Shown here piece by piece: positions 8,119 through 18,009 of a stretch of 40,783 bases of DNA (positions within the stretch are counted from its first letter, which is position 1; the number at the start of each line of letters is the position of its first letter). Position numbers and translations under genes: made by a program. The stretch comes from a virus (Duplodnaviria > Caudoviricetes): the IMG/VR virus record IMGVR_UViG_3300044210_000015, positions 1 to 40,783 of that record; one strand, written 5' to 3'. A model generated the notes under the pieces. It ran no database searches. It was not told where the DNA came from and worked only from the letters and a program-made list of their open reading frames with translations.

Positions 8119-10023
8119 GTGGCGCTGCCCATCACCATGGTGACCGTCTACGCGCTCGACGCCGCGGCGCTTGGCGTGACCGAGGCCGTCCTGGCGGGGC
8201 ATGTCACGTTCACTCCGAGCGTCAAGACGCTGGTCAACTCGACCGGCGGCGAGTCGACGATCATGCTGGCTGCCGCGTACGCGGCCACGCTCGACGACCG
8301 CGGCGGCTTCTCGCTCGACCTCCCGGCCACCGACGATCCGGCTGTAGCCTCGGCCGGCTGGCACTACACGATGGTCCTGCACGCGACCGGGCACGCGCCG
8401 CGCCGCTGGACCGTGCAGGTCCCGTACGACTCCGCTGGTGGCACTCTGGACGTCACGACGGCGATGGCCGTGGAGACTCCGGCCGGGCTGGAGTCGTACG
8501 TCACCGGTGCGGACGTGGCGGCCGCGCAGGCGGCAGCCGAGGCGCACGCCGACCAGGCCGTGGCGACGCTCTCGGACAGCGTGGATGCCACCTACGTCCG
8601 CGTAGGGGAAGAACTGGCGGAGCGCCTCGAGAAGGCACAGAACCTCGCCGACCTGGCGGACGCCGCGGCCGCGCGGACCCACCTCGGGCTGGGTGGTGCC
8701 GCCGTGCTCGATGTCGGCACCACCGCGGGTACGGTCGCCGACGGGGCCGCGCTCAAGGCGCACATGGAAGCTACGACCGGTGCGCACGGGATACCGGATC
8801 CTGCGACGATCGTGGTGGACTCAGACCTCGGGGATGCTGCCGCAAAGGACGTTGGTACCACATCGGGAACTGTCGCTGCCGGAGATCACGGGCATGATGG
8901 CATTCCAGTAATAGCCGACACGTCCACCGTTAAGATCGGCGGCTACGTTCCAGCCGCTAACGTAACTGCCCAGTGGGGTAACGCGGGAACGGATTTTTAC
9001 GCTATTTCTATTGAGCGTCGCACGCGAATTCGCGCCGCGGGAGCCCTGACCGAAATTGAGTTGTATGTAGCTGCAACGGCGGGTGTCACAGCGCTATACT
9101 TCCAAGTCTGGCGCAAAAATAGCTCCGGCACGTTCGATAGGGTATTCCAGGAGGATATACTATCGAAGGTAACGTATGGCGGCGTCAATCGCGTGCGGCT
9201 AAATTCCCCGGCCGAGGTGCAGCTAGGCGACTACATTGGATATGGCGCCACTGGTACCCCTGTGGTGAAGGTATTCAAGTGCGCAGCAGATGGCGTAGGG
9301 ACAGCATCGTCGTATTACACCATCACCGATACGCCTACTGCAACAGGTTACAACTGGGCCGGCAAAACGTCCTCAGCAGCCGGATACGTGCCCGTCGTCT
9401 GCTACGGCTCAGCACCCATGGTTGTCTGCATCGGTGACTCAATCACTGCTGGAGTTCCGGCCGGTGGGTCGTTCCTTGTGGGCGCAGATGGAGATCCGAC
9501 ACCGGCATCTAATTATGCGTACTGGCTTCACAAAATGACTGGCTGGAACTGCCAGAATATGGGTGTCGGGGGGCAGGAAAGCACCCTAATATATGCGCGT
9601 TTCGCGAATGACGCGGTAGCAATAAACCCGCGCATTGTAGTGATCAATGGTGGCGTTAATGACCTCGGCCATGGAGTAGCTGAGTCATATTACATCGGCA
9701 GGATGACAAGTATCCTAAATGCAGCGACTGCTGCGGGCATATTGCCGGTGGTGCTCGGAATTACGCCGATGACGTCACAGTCAAATGAACTCCTACAGAC
9801 GCGCGACGTATGGAATGTGTCACTTGCTGCACTTGTTGCGACATACCCGAAAGCTATTTTCGTTGACGTTGGCGCCCGTGTGGGGAAATTCCGCGCCGGC
9901 GGAAATGTTGGAAACCTGTGGGACATCATTCCGGAATACGATGCTGACGGAATCCATTTCACGGTGGCCGGATACCAGCAGATTGCGTGTGCGATCCTCG
10001 ACGCAATTCGGCTGCGCATGTGA
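8119..10023 (+). CDS. Fibre-like virion protein with C-terminal SGNH/GDSL hydrolase
   Basis: GDSITAG (block I), NMGVGG (II), GGVND (III), DGIH (V). Two fibre-type repeats LG.AA..DVGTT.GTVA. AGGAGG RBS. Confidence 0.8.
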   Translation: MALPITMVTVYALDAAALGVTEAVLAGHVTFTPSVKTLVNSTGGESTIMLAAAYAATLDDRGGFSLDLPATDDPAVASAGWHYTMVLHATGHAPRRWTVQVPYDSAGGTLDVTTAMAVETPAGLESYVTGADVAAAQAAAEAHADQAVATLSDSVDATYVRVGEELAERLEKAQNLADLADAAAARTHLGLGGAAVLDVGTTAGTVADGAALKAHMEATTGAHGIPDPATIVVDSDLGDAAAKDVGTTSGTVAAGDHGHDGIPVIADTSTVKIGGYVPAANVTAQWGNAGTDFYAISIERRTRIRAAGALTEIELYVAATAGVTALYFQVWRKNSSGTFDRVFQEDILSKVTYGGVNRVRLNSPAEVQLGDYIGYGATGTPVVKVFKCAADGVGTASSYYTITDTPTATGYNWAGKTSSAAGYVPVVCYGSAPMVVCIGDSITAGVPAGGSFLVGADGDPTPASNYAYWLHKMTGWNCQNMGVGGQESTLIYARFANDAVAINPRIVVINGGVNDLGHGVAESYYIGRMTSILNAATAAGILPVVLGITPMTSQSNELLQTRDVWNVSLAALVATYPKAIFVDVGARVGKFRAGGNVGNLWDIIPEYDADGIHFTVAGYQQIACAILDAIRLRM

Positions 10024-10074
10024 CCGAAACGATACATACGCAGCAGTAGGGCGACGAACGAGAGGGGATGACCG

Positions 10075-10680
10075 ATGGCAGACATGCTCGTGACCGCCAC
10101 CGAGGTCGGCACCCTGCTCGGCATCGCCCCCGCCGACCTCGACGTCCCGAAGGCCACACTGCTCGCTGAGATCGCGACGGCGATCGTGCAGGGCGAGACC
10201 GGGCGGCCGGCGCAGCGCCTGGTCGAGGTCGTCGACGACACGGCGACCCTGACCGGCACCACGGACCGGTGGCTTGACCTGCCGCAGCGTCCGGTCACGG
10301 CGGTTGCCAGCGTCACTCTCGACGGCGTCGCGCTCGTGGCCGGCGCGGCAGGATCAGGTGGCGCGACGTACCGGCTGCGTGGCGACCGGTTGTGGCGTGG
10401 CGACGGCTGGCAGACGTACGTCGGCGAGCCGTCCGAGGTGGAGATCGTCTACTCGCACGGGTACGCGACCGGCGACCAGCAGTTGGAGTTCGCCCGGTCC
10501 GCAGTGTTCGGCCTGATCCGGAGCGCGTACGACAACGAGCAGGGCCTGCTCAGCGAGAAGATCGACGACTACGCCTCTACTTTCGACGCCCTCTCGGCCC
10601 GCATGGAGGCCTCGCCGCACCTGCAGCGCGCCCTGGTCCGAGCCTACGGACGGGCGGCCGGCATGGTGAGGCTCGGATGA
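10075..10680 (+). CDS. Head-to-tail adaptor
   Basis: LPQRPV.AV.SV and V.YSHGY motifs; first gene of the joining block. Confidence 0.75.
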   Translation: MADMLVTATEVGTLLGIAPADLDVPKATLLAEIATAIVQGETGRPAQRLVEVVDDTATLTGTTDRWLDLPQRPVTAVASVTLDGVALVAGAAGSGGATYRLRGDRLWRGDGWQTYVGEPSEVEIVYSHGYATGDQQLEFARSAVFGLIRSAYDNEQGLLSEKIDDYASTFDALSARMEASPHLQRALVRAYGRAAGMVRLG

Positions 10681-11072
10681 GCGTCGCGTCCGCGCTTGCC
10701 CGTGGTCGGGCCGCAGCCCTGGCGCTGATGCAGGACACCTGCACCATCACCTACGTCACCGGTACCCACACCGACGACCGTGACGGCAGGGTCACCGAGC
10801 AGCGTGCCACCCGCTACTCCGGCGCCTGCCGGATCCAGGCCCCGGCGGCGCAGGGCCAGCAGCAGGACCCGGGGCAGGCCACGGTGACGCTGCTGCGGAT
10901 GCAGCTGCAGCTGCCGGTGGTCGGCACGGAGGGTGTGGCCCGCGGCGACCAGGTGACCATCACGGCCTCGGTCGGCGACCAGGCCCTGGTCGGCCGTACC
11001 TGGACGGTGCGGGATATCGCCCACAAGACGCACGCCACGTCGCGGCGTATCACGATCGGGGAGGTCACGTGA
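10677..11072 (+). CDS. Head closure/stopper protein (DUF6093-like)
   Basis: RGRAAA..LM.D.C.I and Y.G.CRIQ motifs; position in joining block. Confidence 0.72.
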   Translation: MSVASALARGRAAALALMQDTCTITYVTGTHTDDRDGRVTEQRATRYSGACRIQAPAAQGQQQDPGQATVTLLRMQLQLPVVGTEGVARGDQVTITASVGDQALVGRTWTVRDIAHKTHATSRRITIGEVT

Positions 11073-11455
11073 TCGACGTACAGGTGACCGGCGCCCATGA
11101 GTTGATCGCCGACCTGGACCGGGCCGTGTCGCGCGCACCGGGCGAGGTCGGCAAGGTCGTCAACAAGGGCGCGCTCAACATCAAGACCGATTGGGCGCGG
11201 CGCTGGTCCGGGCTGTCGCACGCCCCCGCAGCCGGTGCGTCCGTCACCTTCGATACGTACTTTCTGCCCGGATCGGCGCGTGCCGAGATCGGCCCGGACA
11301 AGGGCCGGCGGCAGGGCGCGCTCGGCAACCTGCTCGAGTACGGGTCCGTCCACAACGCCCCGATCCCCGGCGGTCTGCCGTCCCTCGAGGCGGAGGCGCC
11401 GCGGACCGAGCGGGCGCTGTCCGACCTTGCCGAGAGGCTGCTCGGCGGTGGCTGA
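11069..11455 (+). CDS. HK97 gp10-like neck protein
   Basis: AEIGP..LGNLLEYGS motif; position. Confidence 0.7.
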   Translation: MIDVQVTGAHELIADLDRAVSRAPGEVGKVVNKGALNIKTDWARRWSGLSHAPAAGASVTFDTYFLPGSARAEIGPDKGRRQGALGNLLEYGSVHNAPIPGGLPSLEAEAPRTERALSDLAERLLGGG

Positions 11456-11852
11456 CCTCGACGACCGGTGGCTCGTCGACGGCGGCCTGGCCCTGCTGCG
11501 CGCCGATGCCGGGCTGACCGTGTATCCGGACGCTGAGGGTGTCGTGCCGGCGGTGCCGGTGGCGCCGTATGTGCGGGTCTACGGGGCGGTCTCGCGGCCG
11601 CCAGGGACGCACAACGCCCTCGACGGCCGGTCTGCGCTGTGCGTCGTGCGCTGGTGGTGCCACTGCATCGGCGCAAATGAGGACGCGGCGCTCGCCGTGG
11701 CGATGCGCGTCCGGGCCGCGCTGCTGGATCAGTGGGTGCACGGTGACCTCGTGCGTGAGGATGTCGCCGACCGGCCGCCGATGCGGGATGAGTCGCTCGG
11801 TGCGTCGGTGTATGACGCGCCGAGGGTGTACCGGCTGGAGACCTACCTCTGA
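11448..11852 (+). CDS. Tail terminator protein
   Basis: PYVRVY..RVRAALLD pattern; last joining gene; GTG start overlaps previous stop. Confidence 0.65.
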   Translation: MADLDDRWLVDGGLALLRADAGLTVYPDAEGVVPAVPVAPYVRVYGAVSRPPGTHNALDGRSALCVVRWWCHCIGANEDAALAVAMRVRAALLDQWVHGDLVREDVADRPPMRDESLGASVYDAPRVYRLETYL

Positions 11853-11950
11853 CGTCTGGTCAGCAGGACGAACACGGTGATGATCGCGGCGGTTACGACG
11901 ACGCATGGGCACCCGACGACGAGCAGGTGCCACGGCTTGATTGCTCCCAT
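11843..11950 (-). CDS. 35-aa single-pass membrane peptide with TatA-like N-terminus (absent from ORF track)
   Basis: Manual translation MGAIKPWHLLVVGCPCVVVTAAIITVFVLLTRRQR*. Fills an otherwise empty gap; TACGGT -10 hexamer 7 nt upstream of the ATG (leaderless). Confidence 0.7.
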   Translation of the reverse strand: MGAIKPWHLLVVGCPCVVVTAAIITVFVLLTRRQR

Positions 11951-12017
11951 GGCGTGCACCGTACCGGCCAATCGCTATGAGACACGTGTGCGATACGCAG
12001 AGTATTGAGGAGGCGGT

Positions 12018-12353
12018 ATGGCTGCACTGACCGCGACCACTACCACGCTGGCGGGGGTCGCACCGTCACCAGCGTCGGTGGCCGCATCGGACACGATCGC
12101 GGAGGCCCAGTTCGGCTCTGCCGGCGTGATCCTGCGCGTGATCAACGGCGGAGCAAGCTCGGACACGGTGACGATCACCGACCCGACCACGACGGCGCTC
12201 GGGTCGGCGGCGACAAATCCGACGGTCGCGGTCGCCAACGGCGCAGCGAAGATGATCCTCATCCCTCGGACCGCCATCAATCCGTCGACCGGCGTCGCAA
12301 CCGTCGCGCACAGCTACACGACCAGCGTGACCTGCGAAGTCTGGAAGGTGTGA
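12018..12353 (+). CDS. Small virion structural protein (tail region)
   Basis: GAGGAGG RBS; A/T/V-rich 111 aa protein. Confidence 0.65.
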   Translation: MAALTATTTTLAGVAPSPASVAASDTIAEAQFGSAGVILRVINGGASSDTVTITDPTTTALGSAATNPTVAVANGAAKMILIPRTAINPSTGVATVAHSYTTSVTCEVWKV

Positions 12354-12625
12354 CGACGATGTGCTGGACCATCGTGACGCACCCAGAGACCGGCGGCGTC
12401 GGCGTCATCGCCGAGTCGGCCCTGCGTGGCCACCTCAACGTCGGATGGCTGCAGCGCGAGCCGGCCGACTGGTCCGAGGATCCAGACGAGCTGCGAGCGC
12501 TCCTCGCCGCCGAGGCGGCCGAAGCCGATCGGGCAGCGCACGCCCGGCGCACGCCAAGCGTCGACCAGGAGCCCGCATTCGACGTCGACAACGACACCGA
12601 CAGTGCGATTGAGCAGGAGGAATAG
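12350..12625 (+). CDS. Hypothetical protein
   Basis: GTGA overlap with previous stop (alternative ATG at 12359); acidic C-terminus. Confidence 0.6.
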   Translation: MTTMCWTIVTHPETGGVGVIAESALRGHLNVGWLQREPADWSEDPDELRALLAAEAAEADRAAHARRTPSVDQEPAFDVDNDTDSAIEQEE

Positions 12626-12628
12626 GCC

Positions 12629-13102
12629 ATGGCCTTTGTAGTGATCGATGGCAAGGTCAAGGCCAGTTTCTTGACCGCCTGCAGCAACATCGCAGCGCCG
12701 ACGACGACCGAACTCAACGCCGGCACATCGCTGGAGACCAAGCTCGCCGCCGATGGCATCGATATCGGCATCAAGACCGGCACCGCCGACACGTCGATCA
12801 TCGGGTCGCGGTATGCCACCGGACGGGCCGGGCGCGTGTCGATCGACATCATGCTGAAGTTTCTCCACGACGACACCGCCGACACGCCGTGGACCGTGTT
12901 GACCTACGGCGCCACCGGATTCCTGGTCGTGCGCCACGGCCTGGCCAGCACCACCGCGTGGGCCAGCTCCCAGAAGGTCAAGGTGTACCCGGTCGAGGTC
13001 GGAGAATTCGACGACGAAGAGTCAGGCGAGTCCAAGCGATGGGGCTTCTCGGTCCCCCTCATCCTCACCGGCGACCCGAACCAGCGGGCGGTCATCGCGT
13101 GA
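12629..13102 (+). CDS. Major tail protein
   Basis: IAAPT.TELNAG and KV.VYPV motifs; GGAGG RBS; precedes the chaperone. Confidence 0.82.
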   Translation: MAFVVIDGKVKASFLTACSNIAAPTTTELNAGTSLETKLAADGIDIGIKTGTADTSIIGSRYATGRAGRVSIDIMLKFLHDDTADTPWTVLTYGATGFLVVRHGLASTTAWASSQKVKVYPVEVGEFDDEESGESKRWGFSVPLILTGDPNQRAVIA

Positions 13103-13626
13103 CGACGTTCGACGAGATCCTTGCGCAGGCGCAGCTGCCGGAGACAACGGTCACGCTGTGCCTGCGCGGGGACCTGCACGCGCAGTGGTCCGAGCTGGAG
13201 CGCCAGCTGCCGGACGCCAGCACTGAGGCGGTCAGCCTGGCCGAGCCGTCCGAGGCATTCCGGATCGCCGAGCAGATGGAGGCCCTGCGCGAGCAGATGC
13301 AGGCTGCCAGGGTGACGTTCCGGTTGCGTGCGATGTCCGCGCTGGACTGGGCGGCGTTTGCCTCGACCAGGCCTGCGCCCCGCAAGGACGACGAGGACGA
13401 GGTGGTTTGGCGGGGTAGGTGGTACGCGTGGGTATCGGAACTGGTATCCCGATGCGCTGTTGATCCCGAGATGACTACCGCACAGGTGGGCCAGCTCGTC
13501 AGCCGAATTTCCGGCACGCAGTGGGACGAACTGTCCAATGCGGCGTGGGCGATCAACGAGCGTACGGTGCAGATCCCTTTCTCCGCCGCCGCCTCCGCGC
13601 TGACCCGGACCACCGCGCCCGAGTAG
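13099..13626 (+). CDS. Tail assembly chaperone (G)
   Basis: Between MTP and TMP; slippery heptamer near its 3' end. Confidence 0.8.
   Translation: MTTFDEILAQAQLPETTVTLCLRGDLHAQWSELERQLPDASTEAVSLAEPSEAFRIAEQMEALREQMQAARVTFRLRAMSALDWAAFASTRPAPRKDDEDEVVWRGRWYAWVSELVSRCAVDPEMTTAQVGQLVSRISGTQWDELSNAAWAINERTVQIPFSAAASALTRTTAPE
13575..13581 (+). other. -1 programmed ribosomal frameshift site C CCT TTC
   Basis: X XXY YYZ heptamer in the chaperone frame (ATC CCT TTC); the -1 frame is open to 13982. Confidence 0.8.
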
Positions 13627-13982
13627 AGGCGGCGCACGCGGCCGGCGTGCCGCTGTCCCGGTGGCTCGGCCGGGAGCCGCGCACCGTCACCCGCTACGAG
13701 CGCGACGACGACGGCCTGCTGGTCGCCGCCATCACCGAGCGGGAGCCGGAGTGGCTCGACGACGACCGCGACCAGGTCCTGGCGCTGCTCGCCGAGCAGG
13801 CAGAGACGTGCCCAGGGTGCGGCCGGCCGCTCGACGAATGTCGGGACCCGGAGACGGCCCGGACGTGGCGGGTCGTCGACGACCTGTGCCACGCCTGCAT
13901 GGCTCTGGACATCGACCGCCACAACGAGGCCGAGCGCAAGAGGCCTCGCTTCGGCCGCTACGTCGCGGCTGTCCGCAACTGA
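13575..13982 (+). CDS. Tail assembly chaperone frameshift extension (GT)
   Basis: -1 frame PFLRRRLRAD..EPEW..CPGCGRPL.EC, ending 15 nt before the TMP start. Confidence 0.75.
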   Translation, partial: PFLRRRLRADPDHRARVEAAHAAGVPLSRWLGREPRTVTRYERDDDGLLVAAITEREPEWLDDDRDQVLALLAEQAETCPGCGRPLDECRDPETARTWRVVDDLCHACMALDIDRHNEAERKRPRFGRYVAAVRN

Positions 13983-13997
13983 TGAGAGGGGGCGACC

Positions 13998-16676
13998 GTG
14001 GCTGACCGCACCGTCTCCGTCGCCCTCATCGCCAAGGTTGAGGGGTTCGTCGGTGGCATCGGCACCGCCGCCCGGGCGACCCGCGGGTTCGTTGGTGAGC
14101 TCGACCAGGCCGCCGACAAGCAGCGAAGCCACGCGCAGTCGTTCGACAACATCGCCAACGCCGCTGGCATGGCCGGCGCGGCGATCGTCGGCGGCTTCGG
14201 CCTGATCGTCCACTCGGCGATGCAGTTCGACTCGGCCATGTCGGCAGTGTCGGCGGCCTCCGACGCCACGAGTGGGCAGATGGAGCAGCTGCGCGAGGCC
14301 GCCATCAGTGCGGGTGCGGCGACGAAGTTCTCTGCGACCGAGGCGGCCGAGGCCGAGACCGAGCTGGCCAAGGCCGGCATCTCCACGGCGGACATCCTCG
14401 GCGGGGCACTCACCGGGTCCATGTCGCTCGCCGCGGCCGGCGGCCTGTCGCTCGCTGACGCGGCCACCGACGCCGCTCAGGCGATGAAGATCTTCGGGCT
14501 CGGCGGCCAGGATGTGGGGCACATCGCCGACGTCCTCGCGGCCGGCGCGAACAAGTCGGCGGCCGATGTGAAGACCCTGGCCGACGCGATGAAGCAGGGC
14601 GGCCTGGCGGCCGCGAACGCCGGCCTGTCCCTCGAGGAGACGGTCGGCACGCTGGCGGCGTTCGCCGACAATGCCATGGTCGGGTCCGACTCAGGTACCA
14701 GCCTGAAGACGATGCTGATGGCGCTGTCCAACCCGTCCAAAGAGTCAGCGCTGATGATGCAGCACCTAGGCATCGCCGCATACGACGCGGGTGGGGCGTT
14801 CGTTGGCATCACGGCGCTCGCCGAGCAACTGCGGACCAAGCTCGGCGGACTGACGCAGGCCGAACGCGACCAGGCGATGGCGCAGATCTTCGGATCGGAC
14901 GCCACCCGCGCGGCCACTGTGCTGTACCGGCTGGGCGCCGAGGGTGTGCAGGAGTACGTCAAGGCCGTCAACTCCGCTGGCGCCGCAGATGACACGGCAC
15001 GCGAGAAGATGAACAACCTGAGCGGCGACGTTGAGCAGCTCAAGGGGTCGTTCGAGACGCTGACCGTGCAGTCCGGCTCTGCCGTCTCAGGTGGTCTGCG
15101 GGACTTGACGCAGGCTGCAACCCGGGCAGTCAACGCGGTCGGGGAGATCCCGGCGCCGGTCGCCACCGCGGGCATGTGGCTGACCGGGCTGACAGGCGTG
15201 GCGATGGCCACCGGGGCTGGCCTGCTGATGGCCAGGAACAAGGTCAAGGATCTGCAGGAGTCCCTGACGTCGCTCGGCCCAGTGGGGGCGAAGGCATCGG
15301 GCGCGCTCGGGGCAACCGCAGCCGCGACGGGGAAGCTCACGGTCGCGCTGGTCGCACTGCAGACGGCGTCGGCGGCGATGGGGCATGACGTGTCGCCGAG
15401 CGTGCAGAAGACGGCCCAGGAGTTGGAAAAGCTCGGCGAGTCCGGCAAGAAGTCGGGCGACGCGCTGAGCCACCTCTCGTCCGACCTGGGGACGCTCGGC
15501 AGCGGTGCGCTGGCGAAGTTCAGCAACGGCTTTGCCGGCGTGACAGAGTCGCTGACCGGCCTGGGAAGCGTATTCGACGAATCGCTGTACCACGCGAAAG
15601 AGCGCATTTCCGCGATCGACCAGGGAATGGCTGCGCTCGTCTCGGCCGGGAAGACCGATGAGGCTGCGAAGGCATTCGACCGGCTCGCCAAGGAGGGCAA
15701 GAAGGCCGGCATCTCCATGGACGACCTCAAGGCTGGTCTGCCGCTGTATGAGGCTGCTATCGCCGGGGCGAACAAGGCGCAGCTCACTTCGATTGCCGCG
15801 ACCGAGCGAGCGAAGGCAGAAACCGACCTACTTGGTGGGTCACTCGAGAACGCGGTCAACCACTACGGCTCGCTCAAGGACGCGATCGACGGTTTCAACG
15901 GGGCCGCGGAGTCGACCACGAAGGCGACGATCGACGCGGAGAAGGCCGTTGATGACCTGTCGGACAGTCTGACCAGCAACGGCGCGACCCTCGACCTGAC
16001 CACGCAGAAGGGTCGCGACAACCAGCAGGCCATTTTCGGCGTTACCGATGCTGCGCGCGACGCCGCACAGGCCACCTATGCGCAGACCGGCTCGCTATCG
16101 CAGGCGCAGGCCGTCTACTCGTCATACATCGGGCAGCTTCAGTCGACGATGAAGCAGGCCGGTTTTACGCAGGGGCAGATCGACGCACTCACGGCTGCGT
16201 ACGCCAAGATTCCGCGCGAGATAACGACGACGATCCATAGCTGGACGATCTACCATGAGGGAAAGGCGACGCAGACAGACCAGTGGCCTGGGGTTCCGTA
16301 TCGGCAGCAGCGCTGGGGTGGCGTCACCGAGCACGCTGCGGCCGGTCTCCTGCGGGATGCGCAGATGTTTTCCGGCGGACCGACGCGGTATGCGTTCGCT
16401 GAGCCGTCTACCGGTGGTGAGGCTTTCATCCCGAGGCTCGGTGACCTCTCGCGATCCCGCGGGATCGCCGAACACGTGGTGCGGAACTGGCTTGGCGGTC
16501 AGGTCTCATGGCGGCGGACAGGCAGCAACGGCGGCGGCACCACGGTCGTCAGCTCGTCACCGATCTCCATCACGGTCACCGTGCCGCCGACTGCCAACCC
16601 GGTCGACACTGGACGCGAGGTCGTCAAGGTCATCCGCCAGTACCAGAAGGCCACGACCGGCACGGCGACGGTCTGA
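13998..16676 (+). CDS. Tape measure protein
   Basis: 892 aa, Ala-rich; T.FSATEAA, ADVLAA.ANKSAADV and GSD.GTSLKTML motifs of the TP901-type core. Confidence 0.93.
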   Translation: MADRTVSVALIAKVEGFVGGIGTAARATRGFVGELDQAADKQRSHAQSFDNIANAAGMAGAAIVGGFGLIVHSAMQFDSAMSAVSAASDATSGQMEQLREAAISAGAATKFSATEAAEAETELAKAGISTADILGGALTGSMSLAAAGGLSLADAATDAAQAMKIFGLGGQDVGHIADVLAAGANKSAADVKTLADAMKQGGLAAANAGLSLEETVGTLAAFADNAMVGSDSGTSLKTMLMALSNPSKESALMMQHLGIAAYDAGGAFVGITALAEQLRTKLGGLTQAERDQAMAQIFGSDATRAATVLYRLGAEGVQEYVKAVNSAGAADDTAREKMNNLSGDVEQLKGSFETLTVQSGSAVSGGLRDLTQAATRAVNAVGEIPAPVATAGMWLTGLTGVAMATGAGLLMARNKVKDLQESLTSLGPVGAKASGALGATAAATGKLTVALVALQTASAAMGHDVSPSVQKTAQELEKLGESGKKSGDALSHLSSDLGTLGSGALAKFSNGFAGVTESLTGLGSVFDESLYHAKERISAIDQGMAALVSAGKTDEAAKAFDRLAKEGKKAGISMDDLKAGLPLYEAAIAGANKAQLTSIAATERAKAETDLLGGSLENAVNHYGSLKDAIDGFNGAAESTTKATIDAEKAVDDLSDSLTSNGATLDLTTQKGRDNQQAIFGVTDAARDAAQATYAQTGSLSQAQAVYSSYIGQLQSTMKQAGFTQGQIDALTAAYAKIPREITTTIHSWTIYHEGKATQTDQWPGVPYRQQRWGGVTEHAAAGLLRDAQMFSGGPTRYAFAEPSTGGEAFIPRLGDLSRSRGIAEHVVRNWLGGQVSWRRTGSNGGGTTVVSSSPISITVTVPPTANPVDTGREVVKVIRQYQKATTGTATV

Positions 16677-16677
16677 C

Positions 16678-18000
16678 ATGGCTATCGACCTGTTCGACGG
16701 CGTGTCCCTGATCGGCGAGGCTGCGCTCACCACGGCCACCGGCGAGTGCGGCATCTGGGGGTCCGGGTCGGCCGCCGATCCGTCGCTGTGGGACTCCGCC
16801 ACCTGGGGCCCCGATGAGACGTTCGTGGACATCCTCAAGGCCGAGGACGGCACGAAACTCCTGCGTTCGCTGACGACCAACCGCGAGTTTTCCCACGAGG
16901 TTCAGCGGTGGGACGGCGGCACCGCGACCGCCGTACTCACCAACTTGCGGGGGCGGTTCTCGAGCTCCAACCTGTCCGGGCCATTCGTCGCCGGCGGTAT
17001 CTCTGGCATCCGCTCGCTGGTGCCGATCCGCTGGCTGGCGACATACCAGGGCGTCACATACCCGCTGTACCGCGGGTACGTGGAGGAGTGGCTGCGCGAC
17101 TACGACCCGACCAACGCCGATGCGCTGGTAACGATCCCGCAGACCGACGAGTGGGCACGGCTGTCGGTCGCCGGTGGAGTCAAGGTCCCGGCCGCCGGAG
17201 CGGGTGAGCTGTTCGGTCCCAGATGTCACCGCATCCTCGACGCGGCCGGCCATACCGGTGCCCGCGTCATCGACGTCGGCACCACGACCATGCAGGCGAC
17301 CGACCTGGACAAGAAGGCTGCCGACGAGCTGGCGCTGACGGCCGACAGCGAGGGTGGCTCGGTCTACATCGGCGCCGCCGGCGAGGTGATCGGGGAGCGG
17401 CAGTACGCGCTGGTCGAGAACGCCAGGTCGATCGTGGTGCAGGCCGTGTTCGGCGACAACCCGGCCGCCGGCGAGATCCCATACTCGGACCTCAAGCCGA
17501 CGACCAGCGCGAAGCAGGTCGTCAACATCGCGAGCTACCAGCGCGTAGGCGGCACCGCGCAGGTCCGGGCAGACGCCATGTCCCGCGCGCTGTGCCGGGA
17601 CCGGACCGATCCACGCACCGATCTGGTGTGCGAGACCGACGCGCAGGCGGATACCCTCGCCGCGTGGAAGGTGGCCAGGTGCAAGGACCCGGAGGATCGG
17701 TTTTCGCTGATTGAGCTGCGACCGAGGCACGCCAAGTACGGGGCGAAGCTGTGGCCGCAGGTGCTCGGTCGGCAGGTCCGTGACCTGATCCAGGTGTGGC
17801 GGCGGCCGCCGGGCGAGGACCCGATGGTGCGCTACTGCCACATCGCCGGAATCTCGCACGAGATCACGCAGGACGACTGGGTCACCCGGTTCGCCCTGTG
17901 GTCGGCGACGCCGTACCTGAGGTTCGCCTCGTCGCGGTTCGACGTCGGCACCTGGGGTGCATCAGACACGGACGCCACAGCGGCCGTCTGGTTCTACTGA
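16678..18000 (+). CDS. Minor tail / baseplate hub protein
   Basis: Immediately after TMP, 440 aa; start set at ATG 16678. Confidence 0.75.
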   Translation: MAIDLFDGVSLIGEAALTTATGECGIWGSGSAADPSLWDSATWGPDETFVDILKAEDGTKLLRSLTTNREFSHEVQRWDGGTATAVLTNLRGRFSSSNLSGPFVAGGISGIRSLVPIRWLATYQGVTYPLYRGYVEEWLRDYDPTNADALVTIPQTDEWARLSVAGGVKVPAAGAGELFGPRCHRILDAAGHTGARVIDVGTTTMQATDLDKKAADELALTADSEGGSVYIGAAGEVIGERQYALVENARSIVVQAVFGDNPAAGEIPYSDLKPTTSAKQVVNIASYQRVGGTAQVRADAMSRALCRDRTDPRTDLVCETDAQADTLAAWKVARCKDPEDRFSLIELRPRHAKYGAKLWPQVLGRQVRDLIQVWRRPPGEDPMVRYCHIAGISHEITQDDWVTRFALWSATPYLRFASSRFDVGTWGASDTDATAAVWFY

Positions 18001-18009
18001 GGAGAGTCG

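Noticed and set aside
8119-10023. Diversity-generating retroelement or invertible fibre cassette
   Set aside because: No reverse transcriptase, template/variable repeat pair or flanking inverted repeats were seen.
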